Positions 55,138-64,000 of a DNA stretch of 64,000 bases are shown one piece after another. Every line of letters starts with the position of its first letter. The first letter of the stretch is position 1. Under the pieces are notes generated by a model. That model worked only from the letters and a program-made list of their open reading frames with translations, did not search any database and had not been told where the DNA came from. The position numbers and the translations under genes are program-made. Location: IMG/VR virus record IMGVR_UViG_3300043219_000566, positions 152,502 to 216,501 of that record, one strand, 5' to 3'.

Positions 55138-55479
55138 ATGGCTATCACCGACCCTACAGCCGTCGGGTTCTGCAACGAGAAAGTGCGCCCGCTCGCTAAC
55201 ATGCTGGCGCAAATGTACTACAGCGGCAAAGCGATCATCGACGAGTACGAAGCTCGTGGGGGCACCGAGTTCATCCCCAACGACCCCGACGAAGAGGTCA
55301 TGGACGGCGCACAGACCGACAGCCGCCCGGTAATCACCGGCCAGAACGTCACGCGCATCGGTCAAATCATGACCGAGATCATCGACGCCTTCGAGGCCAA
55401 CGACGAAGAGAAACTAGGCTGGATCTTCGCAGTTGCGCACCGGCCCACCATGTTGCCCCCAGGTAGCGAGATCGTCTAA
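55138..55479 (+). CDS. Small hypothetical protein (first gene of the + strand cassette)
   Basis: GGAG RBS before ATG at 55138; stop abuts the next ATG. Confidence 0.75.
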   Translation: MAITDPTAVGFCNEKVRPLANMLAQMYYSGKAIIDEYEARGGTEFIPNDPDEEVMDGAQTDSRPVITGQNVTRIGQIMTEIIDAFEANDEEKLGWIFAVAHRPTMLPPGSEIV

Positions 55480-56877
55480 ATGGCAATCGCAGCCGTCACA
55501 GAATGGGAGCTGCGCATCACCGGCCACGCCGACAACGGCGGCTGCTTCCGCTCGGATATTGCAGGCGGCACCGATTTCTCGCAGCAAGACAGCCCAGTGG
55601 AAACCTACAAAAAAACCCTTGCCACCTCGGGCGCGCTCTCGACAACGCTCACGCGCGGCTCCGGGAGCTGGGCCACGACCGCCGCCGGGAACTGCATCTA
55701 CATCACCGGCGGAACCAACTTTGCCGTAGGATTCTACCAAATTGTTCTATGGGTCAGCAGCTCATCGGTGGTCTTGGACCGTACACCTACCCCAGTCGGA
55801 GCAGGCAGCGCTGGCGACGGGCGGCTGGGCGGCGCGCAATCTGACCCAATTAGGCTCACCGCCGCGCTAGTCGCAGGCAATCGCGTCTGGTGCAAAGCCG
55901 GAACGCACACGATGGCTGGAGCCTGGCAACTGCCGCAAAGCATCGGTACCCACAAAGACAAAATCCGCTGGACCGGCTACCACTTCATCCGCGGCGACGG
56001 AGTCTACCCGGCTGCGATCTTCGACGGTAACGGAGCCTCGCGAGACGTGATGGAAGTCGGTACTTCCGCCGCGCTCTACGGTCAATACATCTTCGAGTTC
56101 CTAGGCTGGAAGGGCGCAGGTGGCTCCTACCCGGCTGTCGATGCCAACTGCCGCAACAACATTTTCTGGCGCTGCGGCACTTACGACACCAACTCCTCCG
56201 GGTTCTCTCTAGCAGCATTCGGCAACGTCGCCATAGGCTGCGAAGCCTACAACTTCGGAATCGGCGGAACAACCTCGTACGGCATTCAGCTCTATAACAA
56301 CTCAGCAGCCATCGGCTGCTACGCGCACTCACCTGTTGCGCGCGTTTGCACCGGCTTCCTAGCCTATTACGGAGCCACTCTTACGCGCTGCGTCGCAAGA
56401 AACGTATACCGCGGATTTTACTTCTCTACGTCCTCAGCCGCCTATCAAGGATTCCTAATAAACTGCGCAGCTTACGGCTGCGCCACCGACGGTATCTACA
56501 TCGCTGGCAACGTCGGGATGCTGAACCTGATCAACTGCCTGGGCGTAAACAACCTCGGGTTCGGAATCAACGACGCAAACTCCACAGGCGGGACAGTCAA
56601 CGTCTCTAACTTCGCGCACTACGGCAACGGTTCAGGAGGAATCGACACCGGCGGACCCAGCAACATGATCAGCCTGGGCGGCCTAAGCGAAATCGCGCTG
56701 GCCGAACAGCCCTTTATGAACCCAGCCGGACATGACTTTCGGATCAAGTCGCACATGACCGAGCTGCTGCGCACGGGGTTCCCCGAGAACGTGCTAGCCG
56801 AAGGCGTAATCGCCGATCTGCCCTACGGACTCGACTACGGACCAGCGGAGTCGCCCTGGCGCGGCCGGAGGACCTAA
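55480..56877 (+). CDS. Right-handed beta-helix (pectin-lyase-like) protein, putative tailspike/adhesin
   Basis: G/N/C-rich coils (NCAAYGCATDGIY, NCLGVNNLGFGI); WCKAGTH; C-terminal PFMNPAGHDFRI...LDYG. Confidence 0.7.
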   Translation: MAIAAVTEWELRITGHADNGGCFRSDIAGGTDFSQQDSPVETYKKTLATSGALSTTLTRGSGSWATTAAGNCIYITGGTNFAVGFYQIVLWVSSSSVVLDRTPTPVGAGSAGDGRLGGAQSDPIRLTAALVAGNRVWCKAGTHTMAGAWQLPQSIGTHKDKIRWTGYHFIRGDGVYPAAIFDGNGASRDVMEVGTSAALYGQYIFEFLGWKGAGGSYPAVDANCRNNIFWRCGTYDTNSSGFSLAAFGNVAIGCEAYNFGIGGTTSYGIQLYNNSAAIGCYAHSPVARVCTGFLAYYGATLTRCVARNVYRGFYFSTSSAAYQGFLINCAAYGCATDGIYIAGNVGMLNLINCLGVNNLGFGINDANSTGGTVNVSNFAHYGNGSGGIDTGGPSNMISLGGLSEIALAEQPFMNPAGHDFRIKSHMTELLRTGFPENVLAEGVIADLPYGLDYGPAESPWRGRRT

Positions 56878-56879
56878 CG

Positions 56880-57278
56880 ATGCAAGAATTCCACCTGGTC
56901 GCGGGCGTCGAGAAAATCCTTCACGTATTCGTCGAGGACACCAAGCGCAGCGACGGAGGCGGAAAAACCGGGCTAGTCTACGACTCGACCGATCTCGAAT
57001 GCCACTTCGTCCGGCCCGGAGACGAAGGCTCCACGCAGCTGGTCCTGGTAGACACCGAGCTAGGCATCTGGGTCTCCGGCGGATTCAAACAAGTCGATGC
57101 CACCAATATGGCCGGATGGTATGAGCTGCAGCTTGCTGCCGCATGCGTCGCGCCCAGCTTCGAGCACTGCATGCTCCACCTGTACGACGGAGGCAGCAGC
57201 GGCATGGCCGTTACCAGTATCCGCCTCCTGGAAGACCAGCGGCGGCTGTACTGCCGCCATCCGCGCGGCCAGAGCTAA
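56880..57278 (+). CDS. Putative virion structural (Ig/BppU-like) domain protein
   Basis: GGAGG RBS; DGGGKTGL...GGFKQVDATNMAGWYEL. Confidence 0.6.
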   Translation: MQEFHLVAGVEKILHVFVEDTKRSDGGGKTGLVYDSTDLECHFVRPGDEGSTQLVLVDTELGIWVSGGFKQVDATNMAGWYELQLAAACVAPSFEHCMLHLYDGGSSGMAVTSIRLLEDQRRLYCRHPRGQS

Positions 57279-58099
57279 CCTCCCGACGGCTTCTTCTCGG
57301 CAGTCTCCGGTACAGCCCTTCTCTGCAACATATCTTGGACCATCCCATCGGCGGTACCGGTACCCTCACAATGACTGCACTCATGCTCGTAGAATACCTT
57401 GGAACCCTCACACGCAGGGCACTGAGCCGCTTCCCCCTTCCCATCGAGCAGATCCATCAACAATTGCGCAGCCCATTGCACCCCGTTATTCCCCGATGAC
57501 CCCCGAGATATCAGAGCTGCGGCTCTGATTACGTTCCGTTCGCGTTCCGTCATCTCATCTCTCCAATCAAATGTTTCCTGGCACCCGCCTCGCGATCTAT
57601 GCCAGTCGCTATCCTCCGGAAGATGCGACGGCTGCACGACTTCGTAAGTCTCGGTAACGTCCGGAGGTTCGTGCTGCTCGGCCATCCGCTCGATCACCTC
57701 GACTAGATCTCGGCGCTCGTCTTTAAGCGCCTGAGCCACACAAGCGCCCGCGCTGGCCGGAAAGTACACGAACTCGGTCAGCACCCCCGGTTCGGACGTA
57801 TCCCAAGGCTGGAAACCGCGCCAAGGTAAACGCCGCTTCTTGGTATTGAACGTCCAGTCCAGAATCACGAGCTTGTGCCCGGCGCGGAACAATGCCTTGA
57901 CCATCAGCTCAACAGTCGCCCAAACGCGCTCCTCGGCCACCTGAACGTAAGCCTGCCCGTGCAATGCCTTCCGTACCTCGTCAGGGCTTACCACCGCCAC
58001 GCCGCGTTTGGACCGCAGCTGCTTGCGCGCCCAAGTAGACTTGCCGCTGCGCGGCAGGCCGATAGTTACCTTCAACAACAGCGGCTTCTTTTTAGGCAT
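57275..58099 (-). CDS. AAA_33 / polynucleotide-kinase-like P-loop protein with C-terminal DnaJ-like zinc finger
   Basis: GLPRSGKSTWA, SPDEVR, VILDWTF.TKKRR; CPACEG...CSHCEGTG. Confidence 0.85.
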   Translation of the reverse strand: MPKKKPLLLKVTIGLPRSGKSTWARKQLRSKRGVAVVSPDEVRKALHGQAYVQVAEERVWATVELMVKALFRAGHKLVILDWTFNTKKRRLPWRGFQPWDTSEPGVLTEFVYFPASAGACVAQALKDERRDLVEVIERMAEQHEPPDVTETYEVVQPSHLPEDSDWHRSRGGCQETFDWRDEMTERERNVIRAAALISRGSSGNNGVQWAAQLLMDLLDGKGEAAQCPACEGSKVFYEHECSHCEGTGTADGMVQDMLQRRAVPETAEKKPSGG

Positions 58100-58109
58100 C
58101 AGAGCTACC

Positions 58110-58454
58110 TCACTTTCGTTCGCCTACCAGCAGTGGTCTACCGCGCCCGTGCGGAACGTTGTCAGTCGCGGGGTTGTAAAGCCGAAATCCGGAGATCCGC
58201 CCATCGCTCTTTAGCTCCATCACGACCGGACCGCGGTCGTCGGCGCTCTCGCAAAACAAGCCGTTGATGAGCCCCAGCGGACCGAGCTTCGGCTTATCGA
58301 GCAAATCCGCCTGCACGACAACCCGCGGATGATCAGCGATCTCGCGCGAGCAATTGTACCTGCGCTGAAAAAGACTACGAATACAACCAGGATCGAGCTT
58401 GACCAGCTCAGTCAACAACTCGACCACGTCTTTCGGACTAACCGACGTTCGCAT
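58110..58454 (-). CDS. Hypothetical phage protein
   Basis: LDPGCI...HPRVVV...GPLGLINGLF. Confidence 0.6.
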   Translation of the reverse strand: MRTSVSPKDVVELLTELVKLDPGCIRSLFQRRYNCSREIADHPRVVVQADLLDKPKLGPLGLINGLFCESADDRGPVVMELKSDGRISGFRLYNPATDNVPHGRGRPLLVGERK

Positions 58455-58962
58455 CGCTACCCTCTCGCCAGCCCCCATCCACAGGAAAATGCGGCGGTTG
58501 AATGATCTCGTGGTACTCGGTGTCGTCCGGCGGCTCATGCCGCTCGGCCATCTGCAGTATCACATTCACCAGCTCGTGGCGCTCGTCCTTGTCCGCCTGG
58601 ATGATACATTCCTCCGGATCAGCCCGAAAGTACATGAACTTAGTTGTCACCTCGTAACCCATAATATCCCAGGGACGGAAATTGACCCAAGGCGCACGGC
58701 GCTTCTTGGTGTTAAATGTATCGTCCAGAATCACGATCTTGTGCCCGGCGCGAAATAGCGCCTTGACCATCAGCTTGACCGTCGCCCACACGAAATCCTC
58801 AGCTGACTGAAAGTAAGCCTGGCCATGCAGCGCCAAACGTATCTCGTCAGGACTGACCAGTACCGCACATCTGGCGGCGATCTGCTGACGCGCCCAGGTC
58901 GACTTGCCGCTGCGCGGCAGGCCAACAGTCACCAGCAGCATCGGCAACTTCTCTTTAGCCAT
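58438..58962 (-). CDS. AAA_33 / polynucleotide-kinase-like P-loop protein (paralog)
   Basis: GLPRSGKSTWA, SPDEIR, VILDDTFNTKKRR. Confidence 0.85.
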   Translation of the reverse strand: MAKEKLPMLLVTVGLPRSGKSTWARQQIAARCAVLVSPDEIRLALHGQAYFQSAEDFVWATVKLMVKALFRAGHKIVILDDTFNTKKRRAPWVNFRPWDIMGYEVTTKFMYFRADPEECIIQADKDERHELVNVILQMAERHEPPDDTEYHEIIQPPHFPVDGGWREGSDANVG

Positions 58963-59309
58963 CAGAGTTTCCTCACTTTCGTTATCTGGCTGCCGCTGGC
59001 CGGATCGAAGCTGATCGAGCGCAAACACGCATGCCCCCCGCCCTTCTTCTGACCGCAATCGCGACAGTGGGTTGTAGGCCCGGTCATTTCGGACAGGTCG
59101 GGTTTAGCATCAAGCAAACCAGCTACATAGGCCGCTTTGGTGCGTCCCAGCGCCCCGCACGTGAGGCAGTAGATCTCTGACCAGTCGCTAGGCGTGTAAT
59201 GACAACCGTTGAACGCCGAGTAATTGCAACGCCGGGCGATAACCACCCAGCGCCGCTGCCCTACGGGCTTTCTGCGCTCGGGGCATCTGCACCCGAATGA
59301 CACTGACAC
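58962..59309 (-). CDS. Cys-rich hypothetical protein
   Basis: CNYSAFNG.HYTPSDWS..CLTCG. Confidence 0.55.
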   Translation of the reverse strand: MSVSFGCRCPERRKPVGQRRWVVIARRCNYSAFNGCHYTPSDWSEIYCLTCGALGRTKAAYVAGLLDAKPDLSEMTGPTTHCRDCGQKKGGGHACLRSISFDPASGSQITKVRKL

Positions 59310-59620
59310 TGGTCACCTCCACACGTCCCCGCATCCGGAGCAGCGGGTAGCTCCTGCGCCTTGTCGCCCAGCAAATCGACCAGAGTGTCCCGAAGACTGG
59401 AAGCGTTCTCAACGGTCATCAAGACCTCGCCGCTAGTACGGCACTCGCCGCTCTCCAGCAAGCGAAAAGGACGCTCAGCGTTTTTGCCCTCGAAAGAGAC
59501 CCTCAACCTGATGTCATCCTTGAGATGAAAAATCTCCCCCCGCGAAACAGGCGCAGTAATATCGTCCGCGCGCTTCTGCGCATCCACACACTTTGCTTGA
59601 AGTTCAGAAAACTTGCTCAT
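59261..59620 (-). CDS. Hypothetical protein
   Basis: GAGGT RBS + ATG. Confidence 0.55.
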   Translation of the reverse strand: MSKFSELQAKCVDAQKRADDITAPVSRGEIFHLKDDIRLRVSFEGKNAERPFRLLESGECRTSGEVLMTVENASSLRDTLVDLLGDKAQELPAAPDAGTCGGDQCQCHSGADAPSAESP

Positions 59621-59641
59621 TGCGTCTACCTCTCGCTTGTC

Positions 59642-60463
59642 CTACGGAAACCAATCCATCTCCGGCCGAATACGTTTGTTCTGCTCCCACGTTGCCTTCA
59701 ACAGCAAGGGGTCGAAATCGCTGGTATGCAACTGCTCAATGAGAGCAGCGATATCCTTGGGAAAGCACGAGCCGCTGAAGCCGTGCACACCGTCATCCCC
59801 TGGTGCGCTGTAGTGGCTCCGGCCGATCCGCCCGTCGGACAACACGCCCTCGATCACGCGCTCCCAGTCCAACCCGAAGCGCGCCATGCCCAGGCTCATC
59901 TCGTTGAAAAAGAGCACCTTGACCGCCAGGAAGCAGTTGCTGACGTACTTGACTGCTTCTGACTCGCTCGCCGTCATCAACAGGATCGAGACGCCCGGGA
60001 ACCGCTGGGCGTACATACGCCCTACTTCCTCGATCAAGGGAATCGGGCCGCCCAACACCACCCGAGACGGCGTCAGGAAATCGATATCGGCGTTCTTGGC
60101 TGTAAGAAACTCGGGGTTGTGGATCAACCGCAAACCGTAGGTATCGGCCAGCTCATTCGTGGTCCAGACCGGCACAGTGGACTTGAGGACAAAGATCCCT
60201 TGCGGATTGAACGGCGTCTCACTGATGAGCTTGAACGCGTCGTGGATGATATCCAGCCGCGCCGCGCCACCGTCGGGCCGAGGCATCGGCGTAGGCAAGC
60301 AGACGAAGATCAGATCGCAAGCAAGCACCTCCTCCAGCGAATGCGTACGTCGCCGCTCGTCGATATCGTACCCGCGGGTCTCGGTCCAGCTGGAGAACCC
60401 GCGGAAAACGGCTCCGCCCACGAAGCCCATGCCGATCACGCCGATAATTGGGGGTTTATCCAC
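59642..60463 (-). CDS. UDP-glucose/GDP-mannose dehydrogenase family protein lacking the C-terminal UDP-binding domain
   Basis: GVIGMGFVG, FVCLPTP, KSTVP, HNPEFL, KYVSNCFLAVK..FFNE, GFSGSCFPKD; about 273 aa. Confidence 0.9.
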   Translation of the reverse strand: MDKPPIIGVIGMGFVGGAVFRGFSSWTETRGYDIDERRRTHSLEEVLACDLIFVCLPTPMPRPDGGAARLDIIHDAFKLISETPFNPQGIFVLKSTVPVWTTNELADTYGLRLIHNPEFLTAKNADIDFLTPSRVVLGGPIPLIEEVGRMYAQRFPGVSILLMTASESEAVKYVSNCFLAVKVLFFNEMSLGMARFGLDWERVIEGVLSDGRIGRSHYSAPGDDGVHGFSGSCFPKDIAALIEQLHTSDFDPLLLKATWEQNKRIRPEMDWFP

Positions 60464-60581
60464 TCTAAAACTCCTGCTTTCTCTTGGCAGGTTGCAAGCC
60501 CGCCTCAACCGGGGGCTCCACTACGTGGATTCCACGCTACGCTACTGCTGTATTTGGACTATCAATCTTCGCAGAATTGCA

Positions 60582-61247
60582 TCAGTCGAATTCCGCGATA
60601 TTCCACCGCCGAACTCTCCGCGCTGGAGGCGCTAGATCGGCCTCTGCCGCCGTGACCGTGATCCAGATATCGTAGATCTCGTCCAAGATGTTCCAACCGC
60701 CATACTCGTCGGTGATAGTGACTTCTGCATTGCCAAGATCACCCACGATATTCCAACCGGGGATCTCTTCGTCCAAGACGGCAGTCACTGAGCAATACCC
60801 ATACTCGTCGATAATCTCGATCCCAGCATCGCCAGGAGCAATCGCCATAAATTGAAACGTTGTGATATAAAGCCCCCCAGGCGTCGAGACAGCCGCTGGC
60901 TCTCCAAGCCAGCACCAAAGATGGTAGTAAGCATCGCCATCGTCAAACGAGTTATTAAGGCCGTCTAGCCCGTCGTCAGCTGGAAAACCAGAGAGCATCC
61001 AGACGCCAGGCTCGTCGTCCTCATTACCCAGTAGCGTCAAGCGGGTCTCGTCCCAAGTGACGATAAGCTGAGCAGCACAGAATGGATCATCGGCTCCGTT
61101 GTTGTCAGCTACGAAATAAAGATCAACTTCAACCACATTGCCGACTTCGACTATCTCCCCGTCCGACCGCAATTCCAGATCAACTTCAGCCTGCAACGAG
61201 CAAACACCTACGATTGCTGTCATCAGCGCCACTAGAAAAGTTCTCAT
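60582..61247 (-). CDS. Secreted acidic cohesin-like domain protein
   Basis: Signal peptide MRTFLVALMTAIVGVCSLQA; VGNVVEVDLY...AAQLIVTWD..L; TTFQF.A. Confidence 0.6.
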   Translation of the reverse strand: MRTFLVALMTAIVGVCSLQAEVDLELRSDGEIVEVGNVVEVDLYFVADNNGADDPFCAAQLIVTWDETRLTLLGNEDDEPGVWMLSGFPADDGLDGLNNSFDDGDAYYHLWCWLGEPAAVSTPGGLYITTFQFMAIAPGDAGIEIIDEYGYCSVTAVLDEEIPGWNIVGDLGNAEVTITDEYGGWNILDEIYDIWITVTAAEADLAPPARRVRRWNIAEFD

Positions 61248-61388
61248 GCTATTCTCTCTTTCGTTGTCGGTTAGAGCGAAGAACATCCCGGCACACACCT
61301 GAGACGCGGGACTCTAACACAGCTACCAGCTACCGCTCAAGTTCTCTCGACAGCGTACTATCTCGTCGCGCTGTTGCCACATCTTCGG

Positions 61389-63155
61389 TCATGTCAAATC
61401 TTTGAACGCGACGCTCAACGCCACGTGCCCCTTGCTCGGGTACGCCACGATGCCGCTGGTACGCAGCGACGAGATGGTGTTGTCGAAGTGACTGCTGGTA
61501 CGCGACTGCTCGATTGCGCCCGCCAGCCCTTCACGCGACAGCTCACCGTGGCGCACCAGCGCATCGAAGATCCGCAGCGGCAACCCGCCCTTCAACACCA
61601 ACCGCACGCGGTCGTGCAGCTCAGTCAACGTAGCAGGCTTGTCCGGAGCATTAGCCACACGGCGTCCCGCAGCAGTCAGAGCAATCCGCCCGCCAGCAGG
61701 GTAACTGAGTAGATCCTGGGTCCGTAGCGCCGAGATCGTGTTGTCAGAGTGGCTGCTTTTGGGCTTAGCACAAGCCGCAAAAGTCACCTGCCGCCGCGTC
61801 GGGTGCTCGACACCGGCCGAGTTCCACCACGCGACCGCGTCGAGGATGCGAGACTTGAGCGAGCCGCGCGGCACATCCTGAGTCGGGTGCACAGCCCGGC
61901 AAGCATACGTCCGCTCGTGGACTGAAATAATCGGCACCGCCGCCGAAGAAGCTGCGTCGGGCGGACTCCTCTTCTTGCGCGACGACGATGCCGAATTCGG
62001 AGCAGCGGGCAACGACACGTCCGGAACCGGCGGTAGCTGCAGCATATCTATCGCCGTCCCGACGCGCAGCACGATGTCCTTGATGTAGTCGCACATGCGC
62101 GACACGGTCTTGTCCGCCTGCTGTTTGTACAACGCAAGCTGCTGCTGCGTATCATCGGCATCGCGCTGGAGCTGCGCCAACTCCTCAGCACCCGGCTGCT
62201 GGCCGTTCGCAGCGCGCTGCTCCAGATTCTGCACTTCTCGCCGCAGCTCAGCAATCTTGGCCTTAGCCTGTTCCATGTCCTTGATCTCCTGCTCAGCCTG
62301 CTCCGGCAGGTCCTCGAACTCGTCCAACATGCCCTTGATGGCCTTCGACGGCGCAGGCATGACCAGCTGCCGCCGCTTGCCGGGGCGTGGGTGAGTCGTC
62401 TGTACATCGCCCACCTTGAAATCACCGACGCCGAGGAAACTCAGCGCCGGGCCAAAACCCCAGAACTCACCGGGGGAGAGGTGCATCAGCTTGGTACGCT
62501 CACGCGATCCCATGCCCAGCACCATCCCGGCCCGCTGCAAGTCGACGTCCAGTGTGGTGGAGCCGATCAACACGTTCTTGGCCTGAGCCGCGGCGTCCTT
62601 ACTAAGCGCGCTCAGCCGCTGGGTAGCGAGCAGTCCGCAGAATCCCCGCTTACGACCCTGTGTCATAAGCGTGATAACCGCATCCAGCGACTGAGCAGCT
62701 ACGTTCCCCTTCTCGGGAGCGAACACGTGTGCCTCGTCGATGATGACCAGCACATCGTGCCACAATTTCTTCGGTACGTTCATCAGCGCGTTGAGAAAGC
62801 CGCTGACGAACTCACGGCGTTGCGCTAGCTTCAGCTCGTACAGGTCCAGCACGGCCGAGACCTTCAGCTCAGCCAAGCGGCGCGCCAGCAGAGCCGCCGA
62901 CCGCACCTCGGGCTTCAGCTCGCCCTCCTCGCCAACCAGCAAGAAGTCGTGCTTCTCGCGCAGCGTGCCGAACTCGCCCTCGGGATCGAAGATGATGATC
63001 TGAAGGTGCTTGGCCGCCTCCTCGGCGATCTTCCGCAGCAGCCAGCTCTTGCCGCCGCCCGAAGAGGCCTGCACCAGCAAACGGGTGTCAATCAGCTTGA
63101 GCACGTCCAGCCGCACCGCACTGCGACCGGACGCGCCAATCTTGATGGCGCTCAT
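61389..63155 (-). CDS. HerA/FtsK-superfamily ATPase (DUF87-like) with coiled coil and two C-terminal winged-helix repeats
   Basis: QASSGGGKS Walker A, FDPEGEF, IIDEAH Walker B, GRKRG, ATQR; repeat SSH.DNTIS.LRT.....YP..G...L. Confidence 0.88.
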   Translation of the reverse strand: MSAIKIGASGRSAVRLDVLKLIDTRLLVQASSGGGKSWLLRKIAEEAAKHLQIIIFDPEGEFGTLREKHDFLLVGEEGELKPEVRSAALLARRLAELKVSAVLDLYELKLAQRREFVSGFLNALMNVPKKLWHDVLVIIDEAHVFAPEKGNVAAQSLDAVITLMTQGRKRGFCGLLATQRLSALSKDAAAQAKNVLIGSTTLDVDLQRAGMVLGMGSRERTKLMHLSPGEFWGFGPALSFLGVGDFKVGDVQTTHPRPGKRRQLVMPAPSKAIKGMLDEFEDLPEQAEQEIKDMEQAKAKIAELRREVQNLEQRAANGQQPGAEELAQLQRDADDTQQQLALYKQQADKTVSRMCDYIKDIVLRVGTAIDMLQLPPVPDVSLPAAPNSASSSRKKRSPPDAASSAAVPIISVHERTYACRAVHPTQDVPRGSLKSRILDAVAWWNSAGVEHPTRRQVTFAACAKPKSSHSDNTISALRTQDLLSYPAGGRIALTAAGRRVANAPDKPATLTELHDRVRLVLKGGLPLRIFDALVRHGELSREGLAGAIEQSRTSSHFDNTISSLRTSGIVAYPSKGHVALSVAFKDLT

Positions 63156-63178
63156 CGCGTCCTCCTCAAGCAGGTAGT

Positions 63179-64000
63179 TTAGCCGCCGTCGTTCAAGAAT
63201 TCCTCCACCTCATCGAAGCGATCGCTAAGCGCCTGTAGCACGTCCTGCTGACGACGCTCCTCGTGTAGCGCGGACGCCCAGAGTTTCTCGTCACGAAACT
63301 GCAGCACGTTGTCGCGAATGACCTGAGACAGCACGTCCGGAGGCAGCGCATCCAGCTCCCAGGAAGAACTCCCGTACTGGGATTCATAGTCCTTAAAGCG
63401 AGGATCGACCTGCTTCGCAGGGTTGGGCGGAGGATTGTGCTTCCGGATCTGCGGCATGTTCAAGGCGATGCGCTCGACCCGTAAGTCGGCCCCCAAGAAC
63501 AAACTGACCCGATCAGTGATGTCACGCGTCATATCGATCCCGGACGGATCGTGATCGCCCATGTGCAGCACGATCACTTCTTTGCCGCTATCGCGAATCT
63601 CCTGCAGGCGATTGTGCGCGCTATCGTGCAGCACCGACTGACTGGCGTAACCCTTGCAAGCGAAATAGTTCACCCGCAGTTCCTCACAAACCGGCTCGAT
63701 CACGCCCAGCAACGCCTCCTTCTCGACCCACACTTCGACGTGGTAATCCTGCTCAGCCCACAAGTCGATCTGATACTGCTTAGCGCAAGCCCGCAGGATC
63801 GAAGCCGGTTCGTCCCAGGTCAAGATCGTTTTGACCGCGCGGCCACGATCCTCGATCGCGTCCCAGTCGATCAGCCCGGCCAAGCGCCCATCGCTGACGA
63901 TACCGGCTAACCGCGAGTAGTTGGCTTGCTTGTTCTCCAGCAGACCTCGCGCGACAAACTGGTAGTACAACTGGCGCAACGTCATCTTGTAACCGTTGGC
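63179..64000 (-). CDS. Toprim-fold nuclease of the TopoVI-A/Spo11/JetD-like class (5' end beyond window)
   Basis: TLRQLYY winged helix, EVWVEK, KGYAS, GDHDPSGIDM, WELDAL. Confidence 0.8.
   Translation of the reverse strand, partial: ANGYKMTLRQLYYQFVARGLLENKQANYSRLAGIVSDGRLAGLIDWDAIEDRGRAVKTILTWDEPASILRACAKQYQIDLWAEQDYHVEVWVEKEALLGVIEPVCEELRVNYFACKGYASQSVLHDSAHNRLQEIRDSGKEVIVLHMGDHDPSGIDMTRDITDRVSLFLGADLRVERIALNMPQIRKHNPPPNPAKQVDPRFKDYESQYGSSSWELDALPPDVLSQVIRDNVLQFRDEKLWASALHEERRQQDVLQALSDRFDEVEEFLNDGG

Noticed and set aside
55084-57290. Invertible (shufflon-like) segment or DGR target
   Set aside because: No flanking inverted repeats, recombinase, reverse transcriptase or template/variable repeat pair seen in the window
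1-64000. Stop-codon reassignment (alternative genetic code)
   Set aside because: Conserved enzymes are full length in code 11, and TAG, TGA and TAA all end genes at sensible positions

Overview
This window reads as 64 kb of a large, GC-rich tailed-phage genome. Genes are densely packed and almost all on the - strand. No rRNA, tRNA or CRISPR array was recognised. The host is unknown; a secreted cohesin-like gene weakly suggests Planctomycetota. From left to right: (1) the 5' part of a phage-encoded multisubunit RNA polymerase beta-like gene, missed by the ORF track because it runs off the window; (2) a head module with a portal-like protein and several proteins punctuated by K-x-A/S motifs, one of which is an Acb1-like 2H phosphoesterase + GNAT fusion; (3) replication and nucleotide genes (RuvC-like, DEDDh exonuclease, class II ribonucleotide reductase with an HNH-bearing intein, ThyX, Tmk, MazG-like); (4) a ~23 kb glycan-modification region with about 8 glycosyltransferase-like and 5 sulfotransferase-like genes. 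Inside it is a tightly coupled operon of nucleotidyltransferase, cupin, divergent RuBisCO-like protein (form IV), methyltransferase and GDPD-like phosphodiesterase, which is the best candidate for an undescribed system; (5) a Tad2-like anti-defence gene, an inverted three-gene beta-helix cassette, duplicated PNK-like kinases, a UDP-glucose dehydrogenase-like gene, a HerA-like ATPase and a Toprim/TopoVI-A-like gene. Separately, the perfect 12-bp palindrome GTAGCGCGCTAC recurs at least 7 times, either overlapping TAG stop codons or in-frame as Val-Ala-Arg-Tyr. All family calls come from motif recognition by eye; no database search was run.
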